The notes: generated from the letters alone by a model not told the origin. A stretch of DNA of 64,000 nucleotides from the human T2T-CHM13v2.0 reference genome, Homo sapiens (GCA_009914755.4 CP068257.2:14592001-14656000), one strand, 5' to 3'. Counted from the first letter of the stretch, positions 1 through 15,160 are shown. Numbers and translations are program-made.

Positions 1-1516
1 TCATAGCTTTGTTTATATTGTCTGCATTTCTCTAGATTTTATAGTTTTAGAACATTATAAGCCTTAGAAATTCAAATGCCGTTTTGCATTTAAACTTATG
101 AAAAATAATTTAGGCCCACACTGAAGATCTGTGAACACTTTTCTTCCAAAGAGGGGTCGTACTGTTTAAGTTTGAGAAACACTGTATGAAACTAGTAGCT
201 TAAAATATCCCTTTTCTAAATGTTAAGATGGTTCCTATTGTACAAGGGCAAGTTTCTGAATATATAGTTATAAAGCCTATTGATATATTGGGTAGTGTTT
301 TTTTTTGTTTTTTTGAGTGCATCTAACCCAATGTCCACATTGTATAAAGTGCCAGAGAGATTGAATGAATTATCAAGTTCGTGGACTAGTCAGTGACTGA
401 CAGGACACAACTATAGTGATAAATATATACAAATAAACATGACAAAGTCATTCATAATAACTTTAATTATAACGAGAGAGTCGGGTCTAATCAAATTACA
501 TACAGGAAGAGTTAAAATAACTATCTGAATATTAAAAGTAAGATAAAATTTTGCTTGATGTAGGCTTTCTGGAATATTTAAATAAACAAAATTCTGAAAT
601 ACCCTCTAATAAGTATTTCTCTATAGAGAGGTAATTATATTTAACAGCAAAATTAACATTGATCTATATTCACTGTGATATATTTTAAATATTGTTTTGA
701 AATACTATTGTATTTATACAATGCAAAGGAAAGATCGCTATTTTTATTAAAAGAATGTTTTGAAAAAATATTTTAAATTTTTATTTCAAAGTGACAGTTA
801 TTCAAATGTTGAATATGATGTGTTTTGTCATATAACAATGTTGTAAAATATAAATGATTTTTATGTATAAATAGAAATATGTCATTCATCAAGTTATATG
901 TAATTGGCCACAGCTAACTCTAAGTGGGAAGATTTTTTTCTCATCCTATTACTTTTTTCCTGAGTATCTCAAGACATAATGCTTGTTTCTGTATTTAGAC
1001 TTTTTTAGTTTCCCTTGTATTTTAGTTAGAATTATCTAATTGCTGCTCTTACACAAATGATGTTATGTGACTAGAGAGAGGAATCACGACTTACCTCTTT
1101 ATCTCCCTGTAGCCCCCTGTTTCTCAACTTTGGCTGCATGTTAGAAACACTGCAGAAGATTAACAAATAATCATGTATGGGTGATAAATCTTGATTTTAC
1201 TGATAGCTTTACATGTATCCACAACTTCTCAAATTATACACTTTAAATATGTGCAGTCTTAAAAAAAAAAAAGGAAAACATACACTTATCATATGACCCA
1301 CTAATCCCCCTACTTGGGGGTGGGAAGGGGAAAAGTGGGAGGGTTCAAATACTCAGGTCCCATTTGCAGATATTCTAATGTAATTGGTCTTAAGTGAGGC
1401 TCAGGCTCTGATATTTATTAGAAACTTCCCATGAGATCCTAATGTGAATTCAGCATTGAGAGCTTCTAGTGAGTACTTTGCATATAAGTTCTCAAAAATA
1501 ATTGTTCTCATGTTTT

Positions 1517-1593
1517 TATATATATAATGTGTATATATATGTGTGTGTCTATATATATATATACACATATATATGAGAATATATATCTATATC

Positions 1594-1649
<56 letters not shown>

Positions 1650-1665
1650 CATACATTTTTTTTTA
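1517..1665. repeat. Compound (TA)n/(TG)n microsatellite
   Basis: Runs of tatata..., gtgtgtgtgtgtgtgtgtgtgtgtgtgt and atatatatac are directly visible. The repeat abuts the poly-T end of the next Alu. Confidence 0.9.
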
Positions 1666-1961
<296 letters not shown>

Positions 1962-2003
1962 TAATTGAATATGTTTTTTCTTTAATTACAAGTAATGTAA
2001 CTT

Positions 2004-2330
<327 letters not shown>

Positions 2331-3054
2331 TTATAGGCATACATCTTTACTAAGACACATCATAAAAACACATCTGTGTGGTACTTTTGGTGCATTTTGA
2401 ATAAGGACTGAAAAAAGTTCACAAAGATTGGTCAGTTTGAAGTATGGAATTTAAATCACAGTTGTCATCTTATTAATGGCTACTATTTTTCTTGAAATTT
2501 CCATTTTATATGATATAGTAGTTTGCAAATCACTTTCATTTACATAGTATACGGTCATTTGAGTCATATTTATTTGTTTTGAACATGGACTTTGATGGAG
2601 ACATTCCCAGTTTTTTTTAATATAAAATTCATTTCTTTAAACATCAGTTTATAATTGAAAATTTCAGTTTTATTGAAGTTTGGTTCCAGACAGTTAAGGT
2701 TTAGTAGTGTTTGCATTTTTGTCTTTGTAAAAATATTTGCACATTTAATTTATGATTCAATTTAATTTTTCTGTTATGAACATGAGTGGGTAGCAGAAAA
2801 AAATTAGAGTGTAGACATTGGTAGTTAGAATTGTGGGTCTCAAAAATGGGGTATAATTGAGTTGACAATCTCATACTTTGTATCTAGAAGAGAAACTGTG
2901 GCAAGAAACATTTTATATTTATTTTTTGGTCTTTGGGTATAACCTTTATAATGTTAACCTTTTGGAATGTATATATTTTGTGAGTCAGAATACTATAGAC
3001 TATGCTGTAGTAATAAACCATCCCCATATTTCACTGATTTATCTCAACAAGGGT

Positions 3055-3092
3055 TTACTTTTCCTTTCTTTCTTTCTTTCTTTTTCTTTCTT
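3055..3092. repeat. (TTTC)n microsatellite merging into a poly-T run
   Basis: The repeat ttcctttctttctttctttctttttctttc is directly visible. It probably grew from the A-tail of the adjacent minus-strand Alu. Confidence 0.85.
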
Positions 3093-3386
3093 TTTTTTTT
3101 TTTTTTTCTGACAGTCTTGCTCTGTTGCCCAGGCTGGAGTGCAGTGGCATGATCTTGGCCCACTGCAGCCTGTGCCTCCCAGGTTCAAATGATTCTCGTG
3201 CCTCAGCCTCCTGAGTAGCTGGTATTATAGGCGCCTACCACCATGCCCAGCCAATTTTTATATTTTTAGTAGAGGCAGGGTTTCACCATGTTGGCCAGGC
3301 TGGTTTCGAATTCCTGACCTCGAGTGATCTGTCCACCTCGGCCTCCCAAGGTGCTAGATTTACAGGCGTGAGTCACCACCCCCAGC
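3093..3386 (-). mobile_element. Alu SINE, full-length, minus orientation, with a 12-bp target-site duplication
   Basis: Poly-T is followed by ctgacagtcttgctctgttgcccaggctggagtgcagtggc and the element ends with cctcccaaggtgctagatttacaggcgtgagtcaccacccccagc. The target-site duplication ggtttacttttc occurs at 3052-3063 and again at 3388-3399. Confidence 0.95.
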
Positions 3387-4346
3387 AGGTTTACTTTTCA
3401 TTTATAGAGCAAGGGGTACTCAGCATGTTATAGTTACTTGGAGCCCAGACTCAGGGAGGCACCGTATTGACTCATGTGACAGGGAAAGGGACACTGATGA
3501 ACAGCAGTTCACTGTTAACACATGTCACATGGGTACTTCTCATTCAAAAGGGGTGAGAAAGTACATTCCTACTATGTGCCTGGGAGGAGAGGAGAATTGG
3601 AGTGTTTGTAAACGAGTCCTAGAGAGACCCACAAACGTCTTCTGATGGATGAGATACCGGATGACAGCGTATCTTTTTCTTCTCAACATAAGCCTGTATT
3701 GTAAGGAAGGTAGAATCTTATCATTGCACCTTCTCAGATAGGAAGTTGAGAATCAGAATGCCTGGACAGCGTCACTATACACCCACAGCTAGTGAGTAGA
3801 GGGATCAGGTTTATTATGTCTTTACAGCATAATTATGTCTCCATATATTTCATTGATATGAAACCTGTACTGTGTTCTGCTACTTTACATTCTATGATCC
3901 TTTTATATAATTGCTACTTTATTTTATAATCAAACAAAGAGCCAGTTTATGATAAGCATAGATTCTTAGGTTTAAGTGTGTAAATTTATAACTATTACCA
4001 TCGGTTTGTCTTTTATACTTTCCTTTAAATAATATTTTTTAGTGTTAAAAATTATTCCTACCTTCAGTCCACCTTTACATTTTCGCTAAAAAATATTCTG
4101 TTAAGTTGAAAAACGAAGCAAATCATTGCCACTGGACACCATATTTATATCACTGGGAATGATGTTGTTTCTCAATAGGATTTGATTTTATCTGAAATTC
4201 CAATGTTTCCACCGACAATATAAAGAAAAAACAAAAACAAGAACAATCTGCTAATGAACAGTTTCTGAAGGGACAGAAGGGAAGTTTTCCAAATGCAAAG
4301 CTCAGCCAAAAGGGAGAATTTATTGTTGTTGTTGTTTATTTGTTTC

Positions 4347-4463
4347 CTGAGACAGAGTCTCACTATGTTGCCCAGGCTGGACTTGAACTGCTGGGTTCAA
4401 ATGATCCTCCTGCCTCAGCCTCCCAAGTAGCTAGGATTCTAGGCAGGTGCCACCAGACCAGCT
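4347..4463 (-). mobile_element. Alu-derived fragment of about 115 bp (monomer-like), minus orientation
   Basis: The sequence gagacagagtctcactatgttgcccaggctggacttgaactgctgggttcaaatgatcctcctgcctcagcctcccaagtagctaggatt covers only part of the dimeric consensus. Confidence 0.7.
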
Positions 4464-7400
4464 CAATGGGGAGGTTTACTAATGCAATTTTGCTACACCA
4501 AAATGGTGGCATCTATTTATTTACTTATTTTAAATAGGAAGAAGTCAGAAGACTTAATGAATCAAGCATTACTTATAATTATATTTTTTAATACAACGCT
4601 TTGAGCATGGACTTAAAAATGCAGAGATGAAATATAAGAGCTTCTTGGAAGCAAACATTGTTGGACAGACTTATAATGTGTCAGGATTTTCAAACTCATT
4701 TTCTATAACTTTCCAAAGATGCTGTCAAATGAAGGATGAGTCAGGTTTTCCATAAAAACATCATTCTAATTTTGTAAAACGGTGTGGCTCAAAACTATAA
4801 ATTGGGCTGCCAAACTATTTCTCTCAAATGTTTGATGGTTTGGGAACATGTAGAATCCATTATATTTTCTTCATTAAAGGACTCCATATAATAAAGTGAT
4901 TTATTGTGACAATTTAATTTATTGTGATAATTTAATGTTTGTGATTCAATGGAAAAACATCATTCTTTTCATAAATGTGATGTAATAACATAATATTCAT
5001 CACTGGGTGCACAAAAGAAGTTTATGGATATATGACTCTGCTGCTAAGCTATCAGAAGGATTCGTGCCCCTGTCACTCCACACACGCTTTAGAAAGATAA
5101 CAGCCATGATTTTTGATATGTAAAGTCCCAACCATTGTGTGTTCAGGAATCTGTCTGCATCATGACACAACGGTGGAACTAAGCCATAATGAATGATTTA
5201 GCTCTGTTTCCTCTTTCTTCACAATGTGCCCATGATTCTCATACCAATATGCCTTTCTTGGACTTATCTCTGAAGTCTGTAGGAGATAACTTCCTCCCCA
5301 TTACTAGCCAGCAGGGTGGCCTGAGTTTCCTTGTCTGGAGCTGCAGGATATTTGTTCTATCCTGTTTACAGCCAATGGGGGGCCCTTTTTCTTCCCTACA
5401 GTGAGCCTTTTCATCTGCACAGAGGGAGATACAAAATCGGAAATGATCTTAATTAAATGTTTTCCGTCCAGAAACAACTAGTCCACTACCTTGATCTGGC
5501 GGACCTTCTTGGAGGTGCCCCTTCCCACCTCCCTCTGTGGTGAGATTGCAGGTAATAGACCTTATGACAAAAGACAAGGATAAATATTTATCAGGGCACC
5601 GAAGAATTTTTGAGTATCTACAATTATTTACATTCATTCCTGTGAACACATTTAACCATGTGAGGTGTTATTAGTACTCCCCGCTGACATTTTTTCCTTT
5701 ATAATATTTTCAAATAAAATTGTATCCCCTGAACAAATTACAAAAGTGCCTTTAAATATCCAGAATAAATATTTTGAGAATATTCATTTTAAGGTTCAAG
5801 TTTCTAAAGTACCCTATTCGATGCTAAGTTATTGCAATATCTGTCGTTTAGAGGAACTTGTAGGTTTATTAGCTCTATAATGTCAACATTCGCAGATATG
5901 AAGCATTTTATATTTCTTAGTGATGTATAAATGTATGAGGAATACATGAAAATGCAACAAGATTTTGGTTGGCTTAATAATGAGTTTCTTTCTTAAAGAT
6001 CAAGATAAAAATTCTGAATTTCTATTGTTCTGTTTTTAAAATTATAAACTTAAATGTATCTAGCTCCAATGTAAACTCTACATTGCCAACTTTTTGGAAT
6101 ATGAATATAATGAAAGTTTATATCTGGTTAGTTGTGAAAAAAATTATTATTCTATCATGTAAAGAACATAGAATTTATTAAGGAGATATTACTTAATTGG
6201 TAGATTATTCACAAGTTTTAGCTGAATTGATTTTTTTAAGGAAAAAATTATGTGAGGAATTTAACATATTTGTTTTGGTAGAAACATGTTTTGACAGAGG
6301 AATTTTATACTTAGATAAAATATCAGTTTCATATAAACAAATCATAACTTTTAAATTATAAGTACATCTTATAATTTTTATGTTTTCACGTCCATAGATT
6401 ATTTATTGATAGATAAATAGATGGATAGAAAAATTTGCAAAGTTCAGATTTTTTTAGTGATAATCTAATTTTTTAAATAAAATGATTTAATATTTGCACA
6501 GTAAATGTGATGAAAACTTTGTGTACAGATATAAGGTCCTGTGGTTTGGGGTTTCCTTTTTGTCCAAAAGGCATTGTTCTATGTGAATTAGACATACCGA
6601 TTTAATATTCTAATTCAATGCCTATAAAACCAACCTTTATTTAATTCTCTGCTTTCTGCAATTCCTCAAGGAGTGAAAAAATAGACTGTGACTTCTTTAA
6701 AAGAGGCATTTTGTTAAAAGAATAAAATGTCTTTTGAAATATTAGTGAAGTACTGGTATTTTAATACCCTTTTTTAAAAAAAACAATTAAAGAATCCTAT
6801 GATTATTTCTTTTCCCTATCTCAAAACCAAGCATATTTTCAAGTAAAATTAAATATATTTGAATCTACACTTTATAATATTACAATAAAGGAAAGAAATA
6901 GTTATCATTACTACATTTGGGGATTTTTTTAAATGTAGTTTCTCGTTGAAAGAATTTACTTTCAACCACAAGAAGTTGATTATTCTGTGTGTTTTTATCA
7001 GATAGGCTTTATATAATTTCTTGTATCTCATAAGGAAGTCCATGTATAATAGACAAAGCATCCAAGAACACAAACTTAATGAAAAACCAGCTTTTGTTGA
7101 GATGGTTTCACTCCAGTAACCTTGGAAGTGTTGGCGAGTAATTTGAGTTTTAGTGACAAGATTCTGTTGCTGCTAGGGATGGTTTTGGCCATTTGATAGG
7201 CTGAGTTTTTACAAGAATAATTTACTGTGTTTACAGACAGCTTAGGTCTTATTAGGGAATATTAACCCTTCCCCCAAGTTTAGGTTCTATGTGTGCGTAA
7301 ATTAAGAGATCTATTTCTGTTTTGGAAAGCACACAGTATATTTTAAATATAATTTTTAAATGTAATTTTTAAAAGAAAGGCTCTATTTTAGCCTTCTAAA

Positions 7401-7701
7401 TTATATCTTCTATATACACTTGGTATTGCTGAATAACCAAAATTAGCTTTCGCTTTTCTTGCTGGAAATTTGTAATTTTCTTAACATATTCTTTCTGTTC
7501 TGAGTAAAAGTAAATAAAGGTAATTAAAATACAGTATTTTTTAAAAAACTTTTGAAAAGGTTCAGCTTTTAAATTCTTCAATGATATGTAAAAGTTTCTA
7601 CCTATGAATTTATTTTTTGTTACTGATAAATTTGTATTAAATAATTGATGCCTAAAATATATATTTAGTAGAATAAAGAAATTAGCTATAAAACAAAATT
7701 A

Positions 7702-8030
<329 letters not shown>

Positions 8031-9075
8031 GAGCCACAAACTAAAGTCTGGTTTGGCTGGGTTCCATTGCCTTGCTAAGAATGTAAGCTGCTACTATCTA
8101 GGTACATCAGCTGTACATATGTCATGTAGCCCTTTAGGGTCTCAGATTTTGTCTCTGAAAATAAGAGGATTGGATAAAAAAAAAAAAAAAGCTCAGTACC
8201 ATTTTATAATTCCAGATGACAAGCTGAAGGATCAAGTCTTTAGCTTCTTAAAATTGTTATAGAGGATATTGAAAATGTTATTACTAAATTTGGAGTGAAC
8301 ATACATGAAAACATTGATTCTTTTTATTTTTGTTTTGAAAATAGTTAAAAATAAAAACAAGGGGAATTTATTATGTTAATCTCACAATTTATAAAGCTTG
8401 ATATTTTGAGTTGCAAGTAAAATTAAATATAAAAATCTTTATTAATTCTGTCACATTAGTAGAGGTCTCAATGCTGTGAAAGTCCATGTCTAAATTATGA
8501 CAAAATTATTTTCAACCATATCAGCATTGTTTCAGAAGAAAAGATCACAACTAAATTTACTTACAGCAATCTTACAGGTTTAAGTTTTATTGCGATTTCA
8601 AAAACAAAATAATTTCACTATCAAATTAAAAACAATTCATTCTTTTATCCAGAAAGATAGACATTAATTTGAATTAATAACATATTTCTGTTTTTTATGT
8701 TGCAATTTCTTTCCTAAAGATATAAAATCTTGTGCCAACTGTCAGAAAAAGGAAGGATGAGATTATTAATATGTGCAATGTGAATCAAAAATGATTCAAG
8801 AGAAATTATATGTATATCAGGAAACTTCTTGTTCTTTCTTATTGATGCTAAAGCAGGGTGGTGATGACTTGAGGTATAATTTAGTTAACACTATTTAGAT
8901 ATATATTGTCAAATTTAGAAACACATTTGTAGTAATATAATATATCATATATGACATGCTTTTCTGAGGGATTTGTGATAATAGTAGGTTTCATGAAAAT
9001 CTCTCAAGAAGACATTGATTTTTTTACCAAAAGGTAAGGCTTTATATCTATAGTATGGGGATGTAAACATAATTA

Positions 9076-9203
9076 TCAAATGAATATTTGATTCAAATGA
9101 TTTATTTGATATTCACATAAATCAAATGATTTATTTGATATTCATGAATGTGATATTCATATTCATCAAATAAATTTGATATTGATGAATATCAAATAAA
9201 TGG
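9076..9203. repeat. Local cluster of direct and inverted copies of a roughly 22-bp AT-rich motif
   Basis: The motif tcaaatgatttatttgatattca occurs at 9093-9115 and 9122-9144. The sequence tgaatatcaaataaatg at 9186-9202 is the near-exact reverse complement of catttatttgatattca, which could form a hairpin. Confidence 0.75.
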
Positions 9204-10074
9204 CAAAGAAAATATTTATGATGAGATGAACTTTTTTTTATTCACATCAGATGTTCTATACCTAGTATTATTACCTTTTGTCACTCATCAACAAAAGGTA
9301 GTATTGAGTTGTTTTCTTACTGGCACTTTAAAATATTATGCACTATTAATTTTCTTCAGTAAAATTTAATCTACTTAATCTGCTCTTATAATTATATTCT
9401 GTGATGTTTTCCAATACAAATAGTTATTCCAACCACTTTTAGAACTTGTTTCCTTTCCAATGTCCTTTCATAGCATCTTTTAGTATAAAACAACCTTTGG
9501 GATAAATATTAATAACATCAAGTCAACACACAGAGTGCCTATTCATCTTTGTTCATTATATCACTTGCTCTATTTAGATGAAAATCATATAATCAAAAAT
9601 GCCAATATATTGTCTGTGTGACAAAGTGTCTCCAATGACACATTTAGTATAAAAGCCATGTTGTACTAATCTGAGAATAGAATAGATCTATATCTCATTC
9701 TAATAATAATTCTCAATGAATAGTGTGGCTCTTTCAACTGATGCATTAAACAGACAAAGATATTTCTTGGAGAGTTCAGTCAGTTGGCTATGCCGCCAGT
9801 TATAACAGAAACCAATTTTCAAGCCGTGAGTTCTTGTTTTTTGTTTTTTACCAAAGGTACTGTTTCCGTACACTGGTATTAAAAAAATGGATTATTCTTT
9901 TTGATACAACTAAGATGAAACATTTTTTCATTTTTTCCTGTGATTTTCAGTTTGTCATTTATTATTATATTTACCAGTTTTCGTTTCTATGTGCCTTACA
10001 CACAACTCTCACAAACTTTGTTTCTCCATTTGCTTTACTCTTTTTTTAATCAATCTGTCTAGTTTGTCCTGATG

Positions 10075-10415
10075 AAACCAAGTACCATAGACAGGGTGGC
10101 TTATAAACAACATAAAGTTATTTCTCACAGTTCTGGAATCAGGGAAGTGCAAGATCAGGGTACCAGCATGGTTGGATTCTGGTGAGGGTCCTCTTCCAGG
10201 TTGCAGACTGCCATCTGCTCATTGTATTCTCACATGGCAGAAAGAGGACTGGAGGGCTCTCTGGGGTATCTTTCATAAGAGCACTAATCCCACTGACGAG
10301 AGCTCCACTTTCATGATCTAATTACCCCCCAAAGGCCCCACCTCCTCATATCATCACATTGGAGGTTAGGATTTCAACATATACATTTCTGGGCAATGTA
10401 TACAATTCCATTGGA
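10075..10415 (+). mobile_element. ERVL-MaLR solo LTR, MLT1-type, family recognised from memory only
   Basis: It carries the diagnostic string ggcttataaacaacataaagttatttctcacagttctggaatcagggaagtgcaagatcagg...ctcacatggcagaaag...aaaggccccacctcctcatatcatcacattggaggttaggatttcaacatatacatttctgggcaa. The same family appears again at 34.6 kb and 40.9 kb. Confidence 0.6.
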
Positions 10416-11272
10416 CAGTCTTACAATCTTTTCAGTGTTTACATGCATAATTTACTGCAAGACTTGGAATGAAACTTCTTAGCTTTGCTTGGTCTATATA
10501 ATATGCTTCATCTTAAGCAAGCTCTACATTACTAGTGATGTTAAATTTCAGTAAATGGAAAAATTCCTTGAGAATACTATATTCTCTTTCATTATCCAAA
10601 TACCTCTAATTTTACAATTTGATCAGTGTTCCTGCCCGTGTACAACCCAATTGAATTACATTGGATGTAATTGCCAGTTTTTAAAATATATCTTTGGATT
10701 AAAAGATAAATATTATGAAGGACCCTGTCTCATTGTGCCATCAGTATATCATGGCTGAGACTATCTCAGATAAGATAATGTATTAGTCGTCTGCTTCCTA
10801 GGAAAATGAACACTAAAATGAAATATGGAAGAAATGGATTCTGAGTGTTAAATGTGAGAAACAAGGTTTATACTGAACATTCTAAGCCATTGCCAAATGT
10901 CAACTTTAAACTTCAGATCAAGAGATTCAGAATTCTACAGTGTCAGGTATGGTAGATGTTCTCACACCAAGGTGAACACAAGAATCAACCGAGTGATTTA
11001 TTTAAAAGAGAGTCCTGAGTGCCACCCCCAGAAATTCAGATTTTTAAATTTTTAAATAAATCTGAGTGTGTCTTTTAAACTTACATTTTGTACCAGCAAC
11101 TCCAAGTTATTCTAATATAGGTAATCCACAGATAAAAAATATTTGTTAGAACGTATTTTTTAAAAATATTGTTTAGACCATAAATATTTTAGCCTTTTCT
11201 TTTTTTTAACAAAATACAAATTTATACTTTTTAGACAGCAAAAAAAAAAAAAAAATTGTTTAAAGAAACTCT

Positions 11273-11953
<681 letters not shown>

Positions 11954-12392
11954 TAAAACTATATTTATTTCTTAAGAACCTGATCACTAGTCTTTCTGTC
12001 AGCTCTTTCTCTTTTTATTTTTTATTTTTGGTCATTTCTGGTTTATATTTTAGAATGTGCTACTATAGATTTGCTGGGATGATTCTGATTTTAATCAATT
12101 TTTTTTCCTTCTTGTACCATAAAAAATTGAAATGTCCCAGAAATTTTGAATACATCTAGAATCTAGACTGTATCTCCCAGATTCCTATTCATATAAAAAT
12201 TTTCAGGCAAATTGTCCCTCTTTGGGGTTCACAAATCATGATTGCAAGAGCTAGAAGTAAACCACTGTAGAATATTTTAGAGGCTAATAGTTTAGAGGCT
12301 AAAGATGTCTCAGAGAATATTGGTCTACCCCTGTCCTATGGATGAATTCACTGTTTAGCAAAGCACTGGACGTGTATTTTGTCCTAGAGTAT

Positions 12393-12570
12393 CCCAAAAG
12401 GGTATACTGAATCATTTCTAAAAACAGTCAGTGTATTAGGAATCCATGTGCAAGTAACAGAAGTCCTTAGTACAGGAGCATAAATAGAAGCATATTTACT
12501 TGTCTCATACTACAAGGAGCCTGAGATTAGGCCACAGGCTAATATAGACACTCAAGAGTGCCTTCAAGAT
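12393..12570 (+). repeat. Copy 1 of an unnamed dispersed repeat of about 180 bp, paired with 13841-14020
   Basis: The sequence aaaagggtatactgaatcatttctaaaaacagtcagtgtattaggaatccatgtgcaagtaacagaagtccttagtacaggagcataaatagaagcatatttacttgtctcatactacaaggagcctgagattaggccacaggctaatatagacactcaagagtgccttcaagat is about 80% identical to copy 2. Confidence 0.7.
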
Positions 12571-13339
12571 TTCGGACTCTTTTTTTTTTTTTCTGCTCTG
12601 TATTGCGCTGACTACTATTACCCTCATGCTAACTCCTTCTTAGGTAGATGATTGCTACACTTCTAGGTCCCATATCCTCAGGATAACTACCTGGGAAAGA
12701 AGGAAAGAACAAATTAGCGAAAAGCAATGCTCTGTTTTTCAATTTGGAAAGAGATGGCCCTTTCAACTTCATGTTATTACCCAAAACTGTGTCACTTTAT
12801 CTGCTCTGGCTTTATGAGAAGCTAAAAAATTGAGTAATTTTACCTGGGTACATTGATGTCCCAAACTAAATCAGGGTTCTGACAGGAAAAAAGTAGGAAT
12901 ACATACTGTATCAGAAACTGGAATTGTTTGCTACAGATAGTATATCTATAAAGAAAAATGTGTAAGAAAGACTCAGAACAATTAATGTAGACATAAAGAT
13001 GTAGATTATTATTTGCCTGTTACATGTATTAACCGTTTGGTAGACTATTTTTTGGGAGACATCGTTGTGAGTCTTCATAATGCTCATCTCACTCACCCAT
13101 GACAGCAAAATGGGGGTTGGTCGCTAATTATTAGGTAAAACATTCTAAACTAACAGGAAAAAGGAATCCTTGAGTTAATCTTGGGAGGATAACAGTGGGT
13201 GAAAGACGATGATAAATGCGCAAAACTGCTAAAGTTTAAATGATTGGCACTTTCAGGATGGTAGCAGTCAATAAGAATATGACTGCTGTGTAGTTAACCT
13301 CTGCACTTTTTTTCTTTTTTCTTTTTTTTTTTCTTTTCT

Positions 13340-13623
13340 TTTTTTTTTTTTTTTTGAGATAGAGTTTCCCTGTTTTCACCCAGGAGTGATCTCGGCTCGC
13401 TGCAACCTCTGCCTCCCAGGTTCAAGTGATTCTCCTACCTCAGCCTCCTGAGTAGCTAGGATTACAAGCGCCCACCACCACACCCAGCTAATTTTTGTGT
13501 TTTTAGTAGAGATGAGGTTTTGCCATGTTGGCCAGGCTGGTGTTGAACTCCTGACCTCAGGTGATCTGCCCCCTCAGCCTCTCAAAGTACTGAGATTACA
13601 GGCATGAGCCACCATGCCCAGCC
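13340..13623 (-). mobile_element. Alu SINE, minus orientation, with a long T-rich tail and a small internal deletion
   Basis: A T/C-rich tail spans 13306-13356. It is followed by gagatagagtttccctgttttcacccaggagtgatctcggctcgctgcaacc, in which the segment ggctggagtgcagtggcgc is missing. The element ends with ctcaaagtactgagattacaggcatgagccaccatgcccagcc. A probable short target-site duplication cctctgc occurs at 13298 and 13622. Confidence 0.9.
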
Positions 13624-13840
13624 TCTGCCCTGTTTTTATCAGTTTACCTTTATGACTGACTGAGGAAGTCCTGAAGTTGCAGCTGCTCCACTTCTGAGTG
13701 ATCCTGGTTTTTTTATTTCTTGTTGTCCCACAGCAGACAGTTATTAAAATATTGAAATAATGAGAATCCTCAACAACTCTAGTCACCTTTGGCACCTGCA
13801 AAATAGAAGTTTTGCTATAGTGGTCTAGGGTGAGAGGTAC

Positions 13841-14020
13841 CCCAAAGAGGTATATTGAATCAGTTTTAAAAGCAGTCAGCTTGTTAGGATTTCATGTACA
13901 AATAACAGAAATCTCTGCTACAGTGGCTTCAGTAGAAGCATACTCACTTGTCTTATACTATAAGAAGCCTGATATTAGGCCACAGAGCTAATACAGAGGC
14001 TCAAGGATGTCCTCAAAATG
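13841..14020 (+). repeat. Copy 2 of the roughly 180-bp dispersed repeat
   Basis: The sequence cccaaagaggtatattgaatcagttttaaaagcagtcagcttgttaggatttcatgtacaaataacagaaatctctgctacagtggcttcagtagaagcatactcacttgtcttatactataagaagcctgatattaggccacagagctaatacagaggctcaaggatgtcctcaaaatg is collinear with 12393-12570. Confidence 0.7.
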
Positions 14021-14913
14021 AAAGGTTTCAGTGTTCACTGGCAGAGTTTCCTCTGGCAAGCCTGGAGGGGATGGGCAGAGGCTGGAGTGGAATTCAGATT
14101 ACTCAGAATTAATCAGGTCAGAATTAATCCTGGTTATTACTTTATACCATGGTTCAGTTACTTTTATAGGTGAAGATGTATTTTGTGCCTAATCCTACAA
14201 AAACATCCACCCCATAATATGTCAAGAGCCTGCATTTATTCTGGGAAGAATAACCATAAAACCTCTCAAGAGAAATTTTCCACTATAAAATACAAAAGTA
14301 ATTTTATGCGATACACAGATCAATATTACTTGATAAATATATTACACAATGGTCTTGAACATTGAAATATATGTTAATAATACTTTGGTGTACATAATAC
14401 CTGTATTTCCCATATGTATTAACATCATTTTATAGAAAAGATCATAATTTTAAAAAAAGGGTTTGCAGGAAGGTACAGTTGGGACCTGTGCACACATTGC
14501 ATACATACAGGGTCTTAATGGAAAGATAATTCAATACCTGCTGAAACCATAACAGATCATTAAGAACTTTTAAAAAGACCCGTGTCTGTATTGAAATAGA
14601 GAACCTAGCTCCTACTTCAAATTTACACCAGAAAATGGAACAATTGATATTATTTTTCCATTCTTTAATTTCTTTTTGCTTAATTGATTTTTGTTTTGTC
14701 TTAGTTATCAGTTTGTCAGATAGCATGTGGTTTGTTATTTTTAGAGAGCTCAGATTTTCCAAAATAAGAGTAAGCTTCTTTGTCATTATTTTATATTACC
14801 ATATATATATATATGCATATGCACATAGATATATATGTGTGTGTCTTTACACATATGTTTACTATAAAATAAAGAAAGCAATATTTTACATAATAGTTTT
14901 AAATATTCTGTAA

Positions 14914-15160
<247 letters not shown>

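Noticed and set aside
14442-14786. A 114-aa minus-strand ORF in AT-rich sequence.
   Set aside because: It is lysine/isoleucine/leucine-rich with no motif, a compositional artefact of about 70% AT DNA.
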